A stretch of 50,296 nt of DNA from NCBI GenBank assembly GCA_000934665.2, contig JYFJ02002827.1:1-50296 (forward strand), written 5' to 3'. The stretch comes from Catajapyx aquilonaris. Lineage: Eukaryota. This document shows, one piece after another, positions 11,776 through 25,300 of this stretch; position 1 is the stretch's first letter; each line of letters opens with the position of its first letter. The position numbers were made by a program, and so were the translations under genes. The notes below the pieces were generated by a model that saw only the letters and a program-made list of their open reading frames with translations, was not told the DNA's origin and did not search any database.

Positions 11776-12729
11776 ATGATGACGAAGTTCTTTCTACGAG
11801 TAGTTTCTGTTGCTATTTTTGTGTACGCCGTGACAGTGATGGTTACAAACACCGCCAGAGCTGTGCACGACCTGTACCGTGTCCTGATGGTTTTTTTCCC
11901 CAGCCTTCCTGTTATTGAGGACGATGTTTACCATGTTGTAAACTCCGTGATTGCAGTGAGGAGATACGCCGTCCAAGCATGTTTCCTTGCGGTTCTGTTC
12001 ATAGTGAAAGGTAAGGATACTTTCGCCAAAATTTATGGGGCGGTATGTTTGCAGTATAGGTACTGTACCTAATGCACTAACATATCCTGGAAAATGTAAG
12101 CTTCTTTAACAGGAATCACATGAGCACAGGCTGGCCAGTTTGACTATACTGTATACCTTAGCACAAGGCTATTAAACATGTTGTCTTTGTCTTTTAGAGA
12201 GCTGGGCACTTCTGATACTTGGTTTGGAGTTATGCGGCAGTGGTGTAGCAGGTCTGGGCCTAATCCTGGTAGCTCTATCGAGACGTCTTGTGGCTTATTT
12301 CATATGCCTGGCACCGATACTTGCAGCAACGGGTGTTGTAATTTTTGCCTGGTGGAAGGCAAATATGAAGAATACTAGGCCTACTACTAGGCCTACAACG
12401 TTCAGGTAGGCATATTTTGATACAGCTTGCTATAAATATTGATGGATTTTGGGGATATGTTTTTAACTCCCTTGATCTCTGCATCTTCCGATAGGGTAAA
12501 ACGTCGCAGACACAAGATACCAAGGGAATTGTTGTGCGTCATTTGTATGCATCAAGTCAAATCAGTACTAATGGTGCCCTGCGGCCATTTGATTGTGTGC
12601 AAGACCTGTCGACATCTCATCACCTCCAAGCAATGCATCGTGTGCAGGCAAGATATAAGGGGGATGATTGGCAACATACATTTCGAGGCTAACCCCTTCC
12701 TGGCATTGAGGACACAAGCTCGCCTATAG
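11776..12729 (+). CDS. Multi-pass membrane protein with C-terminal C3HC4 RING (RNF26-like E3 ligase), ~225 aa
   Basis: Exons 11776-12010, 12198-12405, 12495-12729 join in frame via GT-AG introns (phases 1 and 2). Four hydrophobic segments, then CVICMHQVKSVLMVPCGHLIVCKTC...CIVCR. ATG choice is an inference. Confidence 0.8.
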
Positions 12730-13203
12730 TATGAAAGAGAGAAGAGGAGACGGTTACGAGAGTAATGTTCGACTGGGTGAATAAATTACTGATGGGCATC
12801 AGATGGGCGAATGAGGCATTTTGAAAATAATATCCATGTAATTTTTGTGATTAAGTTAGTACTCTCTGGACTATCAAACTGCACAGTCCTTCTGATGCAC
12901 CCCATCATCAAGAAGTTACTGTTACATCCACCTCGATCTCCATAATTTTGACGGATATTGCATTTTGATTATTAGTAATTTGACAAAATTATTAGAATAT
13001 CATAAATGAGAGGTTTTATAGCAATACACTGCATATATCGTAAACCAAATAGGACACATGGAACTCTATTTGGACCAGATGACTCAACGTCAATGGTGAT
13101 TATGTCTGGAGGTGGAATTGGGAGTCGAGTTGAAGATTACGAGCCAACATACGGTACCGACAGAGTGTTATTGTGTTTCAGATTCTTGATTTTTTTTACG
13201 TTA

Positions 13204-13538
13204 CCCCGTGATAAGGCGGAGCCTTTTTAGGGGAGGTGGCACACTACCATCAGTTTTCTCTGTATATTATACTTTTCTTCATTCACCGGTGCAAGGAGTC
13301 AAGGATGTAGGGTAGGGGTAGGGATTTTTGGGGAGGGAACATAGGTGCAAGTGCATGGTCTGTAAATGGGTCATGTGCTGTTCCCCAGGAGGTTAGGTTA
13401 GGTTGCCAGACACCTCCTTGGTGCAGGTCAGAGACCCTCCTGACGCAGGTGAAAGGAAAGTTCCCCAGGCGGGGATCGAACCTGGGGCCTTTCACTCAGC
13501 AAGCCGAGACGTTACCATCTCGGCCATCTACACCTCCC
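13204..13538 (-). mobile_element. tRNA-derived SINE, full length (family A copy 1)
   Basis: Minus-strand head with A box TGGCCGAGATGG and B box GGTTCGATCCC. Body matches 38203-38511. Confidence 0.85.
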
Positions 13539-13591
13539 AGGATTCTTGATATTTGAGTGTATTACCACTATTACGTACTTCCTGGCCTTCC

Positions 13592-13911
13592 CAGCGCCGG
13601 ATGTACCCCCCCCCCCGCCCCCGGCCCCCCCAGGCATGACGCTTAAAAATTCCCTTTATTCTTGTGCTCTTTCCTTTATTTTATTTTAGTTTATTTTATT
13701 TAAAAAATTATGTGCGTTAGTAAAAGTTATGGCCGCCCTCCAGCAATTACCTTTTCTGCCTGTACTCGTAGAGGCAAATAAAGCGCTAAAAATGTGATTT
13801 TCTTTGTGATCTCGTCTTTATTTCCTATTATTGTATTTGAGAAATATTTGTTGCAACTCGCGGCAACCCCTAGGCTAGTGCCTACTGTGACTAATGGTAA
13901 ATCCGGCACTG
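13592..13911. mobile_element. hAT-type MITE with 8-bp TSD
   Basis: TSD GGCCTTCC at 13584-13591 and 13912-13919. TIR CAGCGCCGGAT / ATCCGGCACTG. Confidence 0.85.
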
Positions 13912-14260
13912 GGCCTTCCTGAACCGGTATTGTAGAATACTTAGTTTTGATGGAGGTATTGAAAAGCAACAGATTGCTCGTCGTACCACTCACAGACTGT
14001 TTTAGTCATGTGCACTCGGAAATATACAGTACTGTCGTCCTAGAAGATTGGGTATCCATAGGATATGTTCTGCCTTGAGATGCTGAACAAAACTCAACAC
14101 TGGGTCATCCAGAATATCCGAATATGGCCATGTTGGTTCAAGTGCAGCACAATCACATCAACCAAAGGCAGGTAAAACAAATTATTCTTCCTTCTTCTCG
14201 TTGGAGGGGTCTATACCTTTACCCGTGTATCCTCTTGCATAATTATGAATTCAAATGAAA

Positions 14261-14335
14261 CACACTAACTGTAAGTCCACTTTTGGCAGTTTCAAGTATA
14301 CTTGAAACTGCCAAAAACGGACTTTTGTTAGTGTG
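14261..14335. repeat. Palindrome with perfect 36-bp core
   Basis: ttttggcagtttcaagta|tacttgaaactgccaaaa (14281-14316), with outer pairing aagtcc/ggactt and cacactaac/gttagtgtg. Confidence 0.85.
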
Positions 14336-15251
14336 CATACTTTTTTTGTTATATCGCCTGTTGAAGTCCACTTAGTCATAAAGATTTACAGTGGGCCAGG
14401 AAGGCAGGATCATCTATCTTCACTAGCATGTAAACAAGTGCAAGGTCAAATCATTGCTTTGGATTATCTCGAAACTGATTTTTTATTTATTTAATGTATT
14501 TCACTTGTATGCCGACCATTATAATATATGTCACGGCGTCTTCCTGCACTGAACACTTACACAATAGGCTTCGATGGGGCTATATATATGGCCAGGCACT
14601 AGAGTTGTTTACCTAGCCTCTGCCACGTATCTTTAAGTTTAAAACACTTTTTTGTCTTTTTAAGTTTTTCCTCTGCTTAAATTTTGAGAATCAAAAGCTA
14701 ATCCTATCAATTGCACTGTAGATAATAAATTGTTGGTAAATAACCAGATTCTCAACGATGTACTGCACATACGGACTTTCATCAACACATCTTTCCATAT
14801 GTTGCAATATTGATTGCAGCATCCAATTCAGTTTTGAATGAATTCAATATTGGACAATTTAAACCTCAATAATTTTGTCGGAATTAACTCGGGGACGTGA
14901 CTCAAGCCCTCCAAGATTCCAATCGACTTTGGCCGCCCCCATGAGTCAGCCCGGAGGCTCCATGCCGTCTGACAATCGGCCAAAACCCCACCATCCGCCA
15001 GCAACACATAAATAAGAAGAGGCGCAGGCGCCACTGTAACTGGCGCCACCACTGTCCCTGTTCCCTTTTAGTCGGGCCTGAAGCCTCCTGCTGCCATGCC
15101 AACACCGACCTGACCTCCTGTCCCAGTCCGACTGACCAACCCGACCTACCTCGACCTTACACCCAAACTCTCATCCCTTCAGGCCATCCTAGTCCCATTA
15201 TCCAAAAAGCCAATCAACCAACCGCCGAATCGATCCAAGAAGAAAGGAAAC

Positions 15252-18200
15252 ATGGCGCTGGACTTCGCCGCACCATACAAGATCCTGGTGCTGGGCGATT
15301 CCAATGTCGGCAAAACGTGCATAGTGCATCGGTTTTGCGACGAGAGATACTACGATACATACATCTGCACAATAGGTAAGGCTCGGTGTGACAATGGCTG
15401 ATAGCCCCTAAAATGTATCGAGCGGTTTTTTGCAGAATAGTACACGCTGCACGTTGGAGATGGAAAATGTTCAATTGATAGGTGCGTGACGGAAGGTGGC
15501 ATGTATTAATTATGCTGCGATTAGCGACGCAGATTTTGGGCGTGTGCGAGGTTTGTTTTACGATGGTCTTTCTTTTGCGTTGGTTTAATAGACTGTTGTT
15601 TGCCTGTTGGGAGTGTGGTTACGGTATATCTTCAGTTTTATGATTTAGGATATTTTTAAAAATGTGTTTGGAGTGGTTTAGATTGTCCAGTAATGTCGTT
15701 TGTGTTAATGCAATGAGCGCAATATTGTGATGGAACATGTTAAAAATTTCAGTGCGCTATCATTAATATTTTTGTCATGGAATTGTTGAAATGCTGTGGC
15801 AATTTTACCTTTGTTTGACTCTCAATAGGACGGTGTTATGCAATAATGGGTCAACCCACAATAATGTCATAATTTAGTTAATCACGGGAACATACACCCA
15901 ATGAATAGTACTTCATTCAGTTAAAATCAAGGTGGCGAAATCTGCATATGTCTGCCATAAATGACCGAAAAGAACACTGAATTAATGTTACAGATATCAC
16001 CTTCAAAGCCCCTTTTCTCAAAACTGTTCTCGCGTGGGTTGACTCATTATTGCATAACACCGCCCAATTTTGGGGGGAAACCCATACAGCACGTATAGGC
16101 ACTGCTATACAATTAAAAATCATATTACAAAAAATAACAACTGATAAAGAATGACAACACTATCAGTATCTCAATGTGCTTAAATTATGGTCAAAAATAA
16201 CGAAAATGATCAACGTCACAATATCGATTTTAGTTAATGTTGCATCTGCTGTAGTGCAAGGTAAATTTTGTGTTAAAATCTACAAACTAAAGCGAGTTGG
16301 CCAAGGAAAAGACTACACAGCTATGAGTTGTTTTTTTCCCGGAATTTTTGACCCCTTCACCTCACCCCCCACCTCACCTGACACCCTCACCTCGTTCCAT
16401 ATTTATGTTTGCCCTGAAGAACTTTAGAAATGTATGTACAGGTGCCTGGTGGGAAATGTTTTCAACACTGTGAGTAATTTTTGTAATTAGCTTATTTTTT
16501 TGTATTTATTTGTGTCTGAAAGTCTACTTTCAAATCTCACAAAATCCCGGAATGACCATACGATACGAACTCATGTGAGGTGGCCAATTAGCATAATATA
16601 TTGGGGGATGCGTTGACTTTATGGTGATGGGACGTGTAAAAAAAAAGAGACGCGCAAGATATATTGCTAGGTATTGTTGCGCAAGGTCATCTTCGTGGGA
16701 TTGAGATTTGAAAAATAGTAATTGTTGGTTATTGTTATTAATGTTGATATATTAATATTGTTAATTGGGTTATTATGGAGGGTTCCAGATAGAGGAATCG
16801 GGAATATGCGCAGTTAGGCTCATTTTCAGAAGCTGAAACATGTGCCATTAAATTCCTCGAAAAAAGTAACCCCCGATGAGCTAGAGGCGGTGTATAGGGG
16901 CATATTCCCCTGGATTTCTATATAGCGAAGCCACAAACAAACAACACTACAAACAAATCGACAAACTCACAAACAAACTAAATTATAGATATAGATTTTA
17001 GCACTTTTCTGTAATAAAATTATTACTGTAAGAATAAATAGCATATTCATTGTCAATAGACTGCAGTGACAGCGCATTGCATAATACTTAGGGGTGGAGA
17101 AGGTGAGCTTTGTCATCCTCTTAGACTTTCTTGCTTTGGATTTTCTAAGGCGAAAAACGATAATAATAATTAGTTGACTTAGGCAGTTCCGATTCAATTA
17201 TGGAAATATTTTCATTCGTCACCTTGGTCCGGATAGTGAATAATGTTAATCTCCTGCATTCTGCTGGATATTACACCACTCCATAGATATTGCACCACTA
17301 AACAGCCGGTCTGTTTTCCCAGCAAGAGACATACTCCAAATCGGCAGGTGGCTGATGTCATGAGAATTAACAATCTATTGTCTCCGTAATGAAGCCTAAA
17401 GCGGCAAATTCAACTAGAATTTCCTCCCGAGCTTGTGTCCCAGAGGCATCTAAAGAGGAAGCTAATTATGTTTTTCCCCCGCTGAGCTTACTTCAACGAC
17501 ATACATTTCTGTAAATATGATTATAAAGTAGTCGATACAGTGTCCTATACTCGGAGGAAAAATTATGCAAGTTCCTCCAGAATAATAAATTGAGCCCTAG
17601 AGACGAACGACTCCTGTAATTTTGTACAAAACATAACAAGCAGCACAAAATGATTGTAGGCCTATCAATCACATTAATATGATAATAATGTACTTCAATA
17701 TTCATGTGCAGGGTTGGACTTCAAGCAGAAAATAATTGACTTAGACGGAACACCAATCAAACTTCAAATATGGTAAGAAATTTATAAATATTATCACTTG
17801 CACAATTTGAGCTGACATATAAATATTTTACAGGGACACTGCTGGCCAGGAAAGATTCAGGACGCTAACGACTGCTTATTACCGTGGTGCTATGGGGATA
17901 CTCCTAATGTACGACGTGACTAACTTAGAATCATTTAATCATCTTCCTTACTGGATGAAGAACATAGAGGAGGTAATAGGTCGAAGCGCAGAGTGGATAA
18001 CATCATTATGCAAATTGTCTCTTCATTACCTCCCCAGAATGCGTCGCCGGATGTGGTGAAGGTTTTGGTGGGCAACAAATGCGATGCGACAGATAAGAGA
18101 TTAGTTGAGACCGAACGAGGTCAAAAGGTACGTATATAGGGTCGTGGGATCGACTGATGTTGTTCCGCAGAGGGGAGGGGGGGAAGGAGGAAGTTTCATT

Positions 18201-19591
18201 AGAGCTGTCAAAGTGGAGAGGATGTCAATTTACAACGGTGACATTTCTTGAACGAATGCTTTGTTACGTACCGTGCAGGGAAGTACAAGATGTTTTTCAT
18301 TTTGGTGATTTTACCGTAAATATTATTTTGCTGGGAGTATTGACACAACGAGAACTATAAAAAAAGCATTTTGTTTCGATATGGTATTGATTGGGTGTGC
18401 TGCCTCAAATGTAGGGGAAGAGGGAAGAAATAGAACGGAGAGCTTAGTATATATCATTGAATATTTGTATTTATTATTGTTTGTATAATAGCAGCAACAA
18501 CAGCATTAATAACATTATTAATAACAACAATAACAACAGTATTTGGGGAGAAAAATGTTATTTATTGCAGTTTTAAATTGAATTTGTTGGGATCAGTGAA
18601 GCATTTTCCAATAGGTACAGTATATAATGTACTACTTTAGTTTGGGGGTGGTCACATTTAATTAGACAAATTGTCGAAAAATTTGTTTGTAGTTGATTGA
18701 GAAACTACAGGCTACACAGTGAAACAGGCAGCACAGGATTAAAATTATTATCAGCCCAATCAGATGTTATCCTGAATTATTCTTGTTATTCAATTAAAAT
18801 AAGAACATTTTTTTCATGGGAAATACCATACCTGTATAGAAATGAACTTCACTGTTTTTTTCCCTGTTGACCATAATGAAAATGTCGCTACAATAATTAC
18901 AGGAGACACCTCAACTTATTAAAGTTGTATAAGCCTAAACTTACGTGACGACGAATGTGAGAAAAATGCCCCATATACGCCACACCCGTGTCAAATTAAC
19001 ATGTGTACAGTCTTAGTTTTGACCTCCGTCTAGATAAAGATAATGACAACATAATCTTCCAATTAGCTAGAGTAGGCCGGGTATTTTAAAATCTCTTTGA
19101 AGAGTAAGCCCTCTGCGGAACTAGTCCCCTAATCGATGCATAAATTATGCAGCTTTCAATTTTGCTTCGATCCCCGTAGCTCAGATGGTAGAGCATGGGC
19201 GCACGCATGCCCAAGGACCCGGGTTCGAACCCCGGCGGGGTTCAAGCTTCATGCTCGACGGTTTGGCAATTAACAGATATACGAATTTCGTATCACAAAA
19301 ATCCTGGTTCCTCCATTTCTTTTCAGATGGCAGAGAGCTTCGACATGCCTTTTTATGAGGTGTCATGCAAGCATGACATCAACATTCATGAAGCTTTCGT
19401 CACTCTAGCCAGGGAGATTCGTGAACAACGGCAAAGGATGGTGAGCATATTATTTTTGAGTACCCTATCCTTTTATTTGACTGAAATAAAACGTATTTCC
19501 ACAGCCCACTCCTATGGATTCACCAGATCATCCAAGTTCAGAGGTGGACCTATCTCAGACGCGTTCTCCTGGAGGGCGCTGCTCCTGCTGA
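15252..19591 (+). CDS. RabX4: Rab GTPase RabX4 (Rab8/10-related), 204 aa
   Basis: Exons 15252-15375, 17712-17772, 17834-17972, 18038-18127, 19327-19440, 19505-19591, all GT-AG and in frame. [55 protein letters not shown]-terminal CSC prenylation motif. N-terminus matches recalled Drosophila RabX4 (MALDFAATYK). Confidence 0.93.
16293..16995 (-). mobile_element. Non-autonomous Helitron, 3'-truncated copy in RabX4 intron 1
   Basis: Reverse-complement homology to 47129-47810. Minus-strand 5' end A|TCTATATCTATA followed by gtttgtttg repeats. Confidence 0.8.
19170..19243 (+). pseudogene. tRNA-like cloverleaf (tRNA-Ala-derived pseudogene or SINE head) in RabX4 intron 4
   Basis: D arm GCTC-AGATGGTA-GAGC; anticodon stem TGGGC/GCCCA with 8-nt loop GCACGCAT; T arm CCGGG-TTCGAAC-CCCGG; acceptor ATCCCCG/CGGGGTT with one mismatch. 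No oligo-T terminator. Confidence 0.7.
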
Positions 19592-21896
19592 GCGACCATC
19601 TTGTTCTAGGGCCATATTGCAAGAGAAGCATCGTTCTGCCGCATTGCAAAAATGGCATCCGCACTCAACATCTCGCTTTACTCTTACCTGTGCGTGTGCT
19701 CTAACAGGAAGAGGACATCTAGGATGGATCGAAGGATACGTGACTGAGAGAATGAATGGGTGAATGATTGGATGGAAAGATGGATTGGATAGCAGGATGG
19801 GGCTCCACAGACATTACTGTCTATAGGTGGCCATTGCTTTTCTTTTCGCGCAGGAACACTCTGTTTCTCATCCTTCATTTTTGTTTAAAGTTTCTGTGCA
19901 AACCCAAATTTTGGTTGGTTTTTGTGCAATCCACAGCTTTCGTAGCACTCCTGTCTGTGTTACTCCAAAAATCATGGGATGAAGTTGCGGTTTTGTCTTG
20001 TTGATGTTGTGTAGAGAAAATAGCAGCATCCTAATGTTTCCCTTTACAGCTCCTGTTATGTACTATTGTTCGATTTCTGCGCTTAGAGCAACTTGTGGGA
20101 GTGGAGGTAGAAAAGTGTTGGAGCCTCACATGTTGCAGTTTAGGTGAGAAGAGACTTAAGAGAAACCGTTTCTAGTGCCTGCAGGGGGGGCAGGGAGAAA
20201 TGTCTTCCCAGGTGACTGCCATATTGTGAGATTCAGATATATGAGCAGCATTGCATACAACAGCATTTTTTGTCGCTACAGTGTGCCAAGGCTAAACTAA
20301 TAGCTACAGTCGAGAAGTATTGGATTTTTTTCAATATTTCCTAGGCCTGTTTTTTCATGCTCCCAAATCATGCGAATAAGTGACCACCCCATTCATTTCA
20401 CCAAAACTAATGTTCCATGTTGCTCAAAAAAAAAAGTGAACTCGTGTAAAATACTTTCTTGATCATCATTTGTTTCATTACTTGGACTGCATTGGCCCTT
20501 CATTGGTGCAAAATGACTATTTAATTGTTAAAATTTTTGGCTTGATGAAAATGATAAAACATTGTTGGCTGAGATAAAGACTTCATTTTTATGTGATCTG
20601 TTTGCCTCTCTCCATTTTATCCTGACGTAATTTGCACGTGCCCTGTAAAAAAAATAACCTGGGAAAAAGAATACCAAAAAATGTCCTAAGGTCATAAACA
20701 GTGCTATAATAGTGGGCTGATGTAGTGACCTCTGCATTCTCTGGGCTGGTAGTCCAATAAGAGGCGTGATCAGAAAATGTTTGTATTCTGACGTAAATAT
20801 GCCAACCTCTCGGTTCATTGGCATGTTTGGTACTGATTTATATGCTCGGGGAGTAACGTTATAGATCAAAGAAGGGAGAAGGACTTTTATCCACTTCTTA
20901 TACTACTAAAGTTGACGTACATTTTTGGTACCAAAACTTATGCTAACCCTTCTGTTGGATGTTTCAGAAAGCTTTTATGATCACGATACAAACATTTCAA
21001 TCCTCAATCGTTTGTGATGTGGGATAAAAGAATCGGTTTTACTTGAGGTTACGCCGCATAAAGGCTCACTGTTTCAGTCAGTGATATTATTGTACAGCAT
21101 TTCAAATAAACATGACCTGGCTCCTTCATCACGACATCCACGTATCACCTGAAGGGATTTTTTTGTCTCATATCAGCCCTTTTTTTTAAAAAAAATGATC
21201 AATAACGTATGGAGAGGACTAAACCACACGCACGCATTACCTGGAGACCGCATTGCTATTCTCTTTCATATCGATTGGCCAAATCAAAAGGAAGGAAGTG
21301 AGTGGACAGCGCAGTAAGGACAAAGCATGGCAATCAAGCGTGAGTATTTATAATCACTGTGATAAATAGTTCAGTAAAGCACATTATTTTTCTTAGAGCA
21401 CAATAATTAAATGTAATTTAAAACGCTACAGTACATTTATGCAAAGTGCTGTGTCCTAATTGCAGGAATTGACTGTATTTTTTTTAGATATGTTACGTTG
21501 CACTCAGAAAATGACTTTTATAATACCTAAACACCAAATATTTTCTCCATGATTAGTGGGTATAAACTAATAAGAATAATACGAGTCAGGTGTTGGGTCT
21601 GGAAAATGCAACTTAGAATGGTTGTATGGACTCAAATTAAGGGACCACCTCCATTGTCTATTGTAAAATCATATGCATAATCGGATATTTTTCCTCACTG
21701 CGCTGACTTGGATAAATTGCTAATTCCATCTTCTCTGATTCAATCTAAACTACTAAAAGCAACATTACTGTAATAGCCTTACCGTGACAAGGCCATACTG
21801 TAACTATTAGAACTGATGTGCGCTGTGGTTTCAAATAGATCTACAGTGGCAAAAGTAAGCAATAAGAAGTAGCTACACTATAGTATACCCGAAGTA

Positions 21897-22179
21897 CAGT
21901 GCTGGACATTCATTCCGTCATACTGCTAGTGACATTTTCCGATGCGGCAGACGTGCAAATCGAAGTGATAGAGTGCGAACCGTGCTAAAAAACGGTAGCC
22001 CTTGGGTGACGTCACTGGCTAGAGACAAGCCTTTTTTTCCATTGCCCCCCAGCCGGTGACGTAACTCAAGGCCTACCTCTTCTTACTCACAACAGCGCAC
22101 ACTCTTATCACTTCGATTTGCACTTCTACCGCATCATAAAATGTCGCAAGCAGTATGACGCGCTTAATGTCCAACATTG
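21897..22179. mobile_element. Degenerate Tc1/mariner-like foldback MITE
   Basis: TA|CAGTGCTGGACATT ... AATGTCCAACATTG, with long imperfect arms (e.g. gtgcaaatcgaagtgata / tatcacttcgatttgcac). Confidence 0.7.
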
Positions 22180-22341
22180 CACATGGTATTTATAATTGCG
22201 AACTGTGGCACTCTTCTTGATCTGCAGGATCCATATCGGCCAACTTTAGGGAATGCTGCTGCTTTAGGAAACATTGTGAACAGCTGTTTCTCTCAGTGAC
22301 TTTTATCTTTACTAGCCTAGAGATAACCATACTGTTCAAAA

Positions 22342-25300
22342 ATGGCCAATGAAAACCTGCGCCCAAGGCAACTGGTGCTTGCTTCAACGCGAGCTCCTCA
22401 TCTGTCCCAAGTCACTTCAGCACTGCGTCCTGATACCATGTTAATCAACTACTCATACGAGGATGATGCTCTTCCAGACATCCTGAGTGAGTCACTATAA
22501 TAGTGATATAACGCAATCGAAGTAATAAATGAAAAATTTTGGTTTCCCTTTAGATTTGGCCAATAAAGGATTGGGAAACGTGAAAGTAGAAAGTGTAGCC
22601 TTTCTCACACACAGTTCTGAAATGGAAATTTTTATATCCTCGCCTGATAGCAAGGTAAGATTTTTAGAGTGGTAAAATGTGTTACCACTCCCTCCCAGAA
22701 TTATATAACTTAACACACCACAATTGTTGGCTAGGTACTGACAGCACAATCTGCTAAGTCGGATGAGGCTATTAGGGACTTCATGAAGAACTTGGTCAAC
22801 ACTTTTGTGGACAGAAACTACCCCCAACCTCGCCTGGATTTTCTGTGCTGTTACGCTGCATTGCATTTCCATGGCCTAAGAGTTGCTCACGAATTAGACA
22901 CACTTTTAAACGTAAGTTTTAGGCCAGATTGCACCAACCGTACTTGGGTTTTCCTCTTACTAATCCTTGTTATATCCGTTAAAGAAAAGTATCCCAGATT
23001 TATTATTCATATAATCCAACTATACCTATATGGTCAACATTTTGTCAATATTTAGATTCCAGTGGGAATCTGCAAGGACTTGCTGGGCTTGGAAGCTCAA
23101 GTTGGGCTTCATCCTCTCCCAGCATGTTCCCTTGGGGAAGTCTATTTCAACGTCGTTGTGCTGGAAGAGAAACTGAAAGAATCCATGGAAGGGTCACCCA
23201 AACATATAAAAAACATGGATGCGTACGAAAAGATCCGTACTGTAGGAAAAGGTGATATTAGCAAATTCGTGCAATACAAACAGTCTCTAATAAGTATGGC
23301 ATGTCTATTACAGGAGCTTTTGGCACGGCAGTCTTATACCGAAGGAAAGACGACGACTTTCTTATTATTGTGAAGGAAATCAACATGCATGATTTGACAG
23401 CTGCTGAGAGACAGCTAGCGTTGAACGAAGCGCAGATGCTTTCCTTGATGGATCACCCCAATATAATTAGGTAAATGAGCAGTTGATGAAGTGGCTTCCA
23501 GCTAGCTTAATGTGCCGCATTACTTACAGTTACTACGACAGCTTCGAACACGATGGTACTTTGATGATTCAAATGGAGTATGCCGATGGCGGTACATTGT
23601 CCCAGTACTTGAGGAAACAAAATAATCATCTGAGTGAGATGGAAATTTTGGGCATTTTCAGACAAATAGTGATGGGAATACGCTACATGCATGAGCAAAA
23701 CGTATTGCACAGGTGAGTGGACTGTTCTTATTTGTTGATTTGGGGTCAAACACCTATTACTCATCTTTTCAGAGATCTTAAAACTGCAAACATATTTCTG
23801 AAGAAAGATGGATCTGTCAAAGTGGGTGATTTGGGAATAGCAAAAATGCTCACCACAAGACATGGAAACGCTCAGACTGTACTGGGAACACCATATTACA
23901 TTAGTCCAGAGATGGTAATTATAACGTGGTCATCCCTTATAAAATCACATGCATCAAAGACAGCAGAAATGGGCTGATTCTGTGACTTTTACCTTATCAA
24001 AGTATTATTTTTATACTTTCAGTTAGCAATTAGGCAATTAATGGCTCTGTAGGCCCTATACAGTAATGTGAAGTAGCCTATTTCTTCTCAGAAGTTCTAC
24101 TGCTCCAAGAGTACTTGATTTTTAACAACACAACTATAAAATATAATAATTACTGAGACATGAGTTATTGTTACGAATTTATTGTACCATAGTATTTTAA
24201 AAAATTTAATCGTGCTGATTATATGAGTCCATTGCACTTTAATAACAACAAGTTCTTTTGACTTTCGTATAAACTGAATAAAAAAATCCATACAAATAAT
24301 ATAAGTAATATCCTTTATACCATCTTGACAGTGTGAAGGGAAAACGTATGATAAAAAATCGGACATTTGGGCATTGGGATGCATAATCTATGAAATGGCA
24401 TGTCTTCAGAGGACATTTGAAGGCTCCAATCTTCCTGCTCTTGTCAACAAAATAATGAAAGTAAGTTATAAGGTAGGTTATAAGTTATTTAACCAATATT
24501 TTGATTTCCGTATTTCTAGGGGCAATTTCAACCCATACCAGGGGATTATTCCCCTGGATTTCGTCATATGATACATGATCTCTTGCAAAGAGATCCTGAC
24601 TTTAGACCTTCAGTAGAAGAACTGCTCGAAGTCCGACTGCCTTCTTTGATGGGCTCTCAGTACGATGTGAATCGTGAATACAAAAGTTTATCCGCTAATA
24701 TTAGTGCAAAGACATTCTCAAAAAGTTTTACATCAGAAAGTCAAAATTCAACGGATCGGTAAGTAATTTTTTTTATTTGGTCGGCTTTAAGGCGAAACCC
24801 TACTGAAAATATCTCGATTTTGACTGAAAAATGCGATTTTTAGTTTTCTTTGGTTTTTTTAAAGCTTCTCTGGACCCTAAACTAATAGGAAACATCCAAT
24901 TTAGTATACCTGGCGACTCATGAAAGTGCTTTAAAAATTCCCCAGAATACCGCATCACATCCAAATCACCAAAATGCAGGCATTCCTTGATTTCTATTAT
25001 TTAATTTTTCTGCATGGTCCCAAACCGTCTCATAAATAGGCATAACGAGCGACCAATTTCAAATTCCCGGCCGAAATTTTTCTTTTGAGTGAGCCATCTA
25101 CTGGTGGGCAGTCAAATCTGGAGCTAAGCATAAGGAAAGGAAGTTGAGTAATAGTTTGTTCATTTGTTGTTGTTGAGACTGCGTCGTACTTGAGGATTGG
25201 ACTGTACTGCCGTTACCCGTACGGCCGTACTCTTCTCCAACGTTGCTGAGCAATAGCAAGTGGTGTGGGACTACCAACCAAAACAGGCACCCAAAACAAC

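Noticed and set aside
23827..23836. DLG instead of DFG as a sign of a pseudokinase
   Set aside because: DLG occurs in active NEKs such as NEK6/7; the Gly loop, Lys, HRD and Mg-binding Asp are all present.
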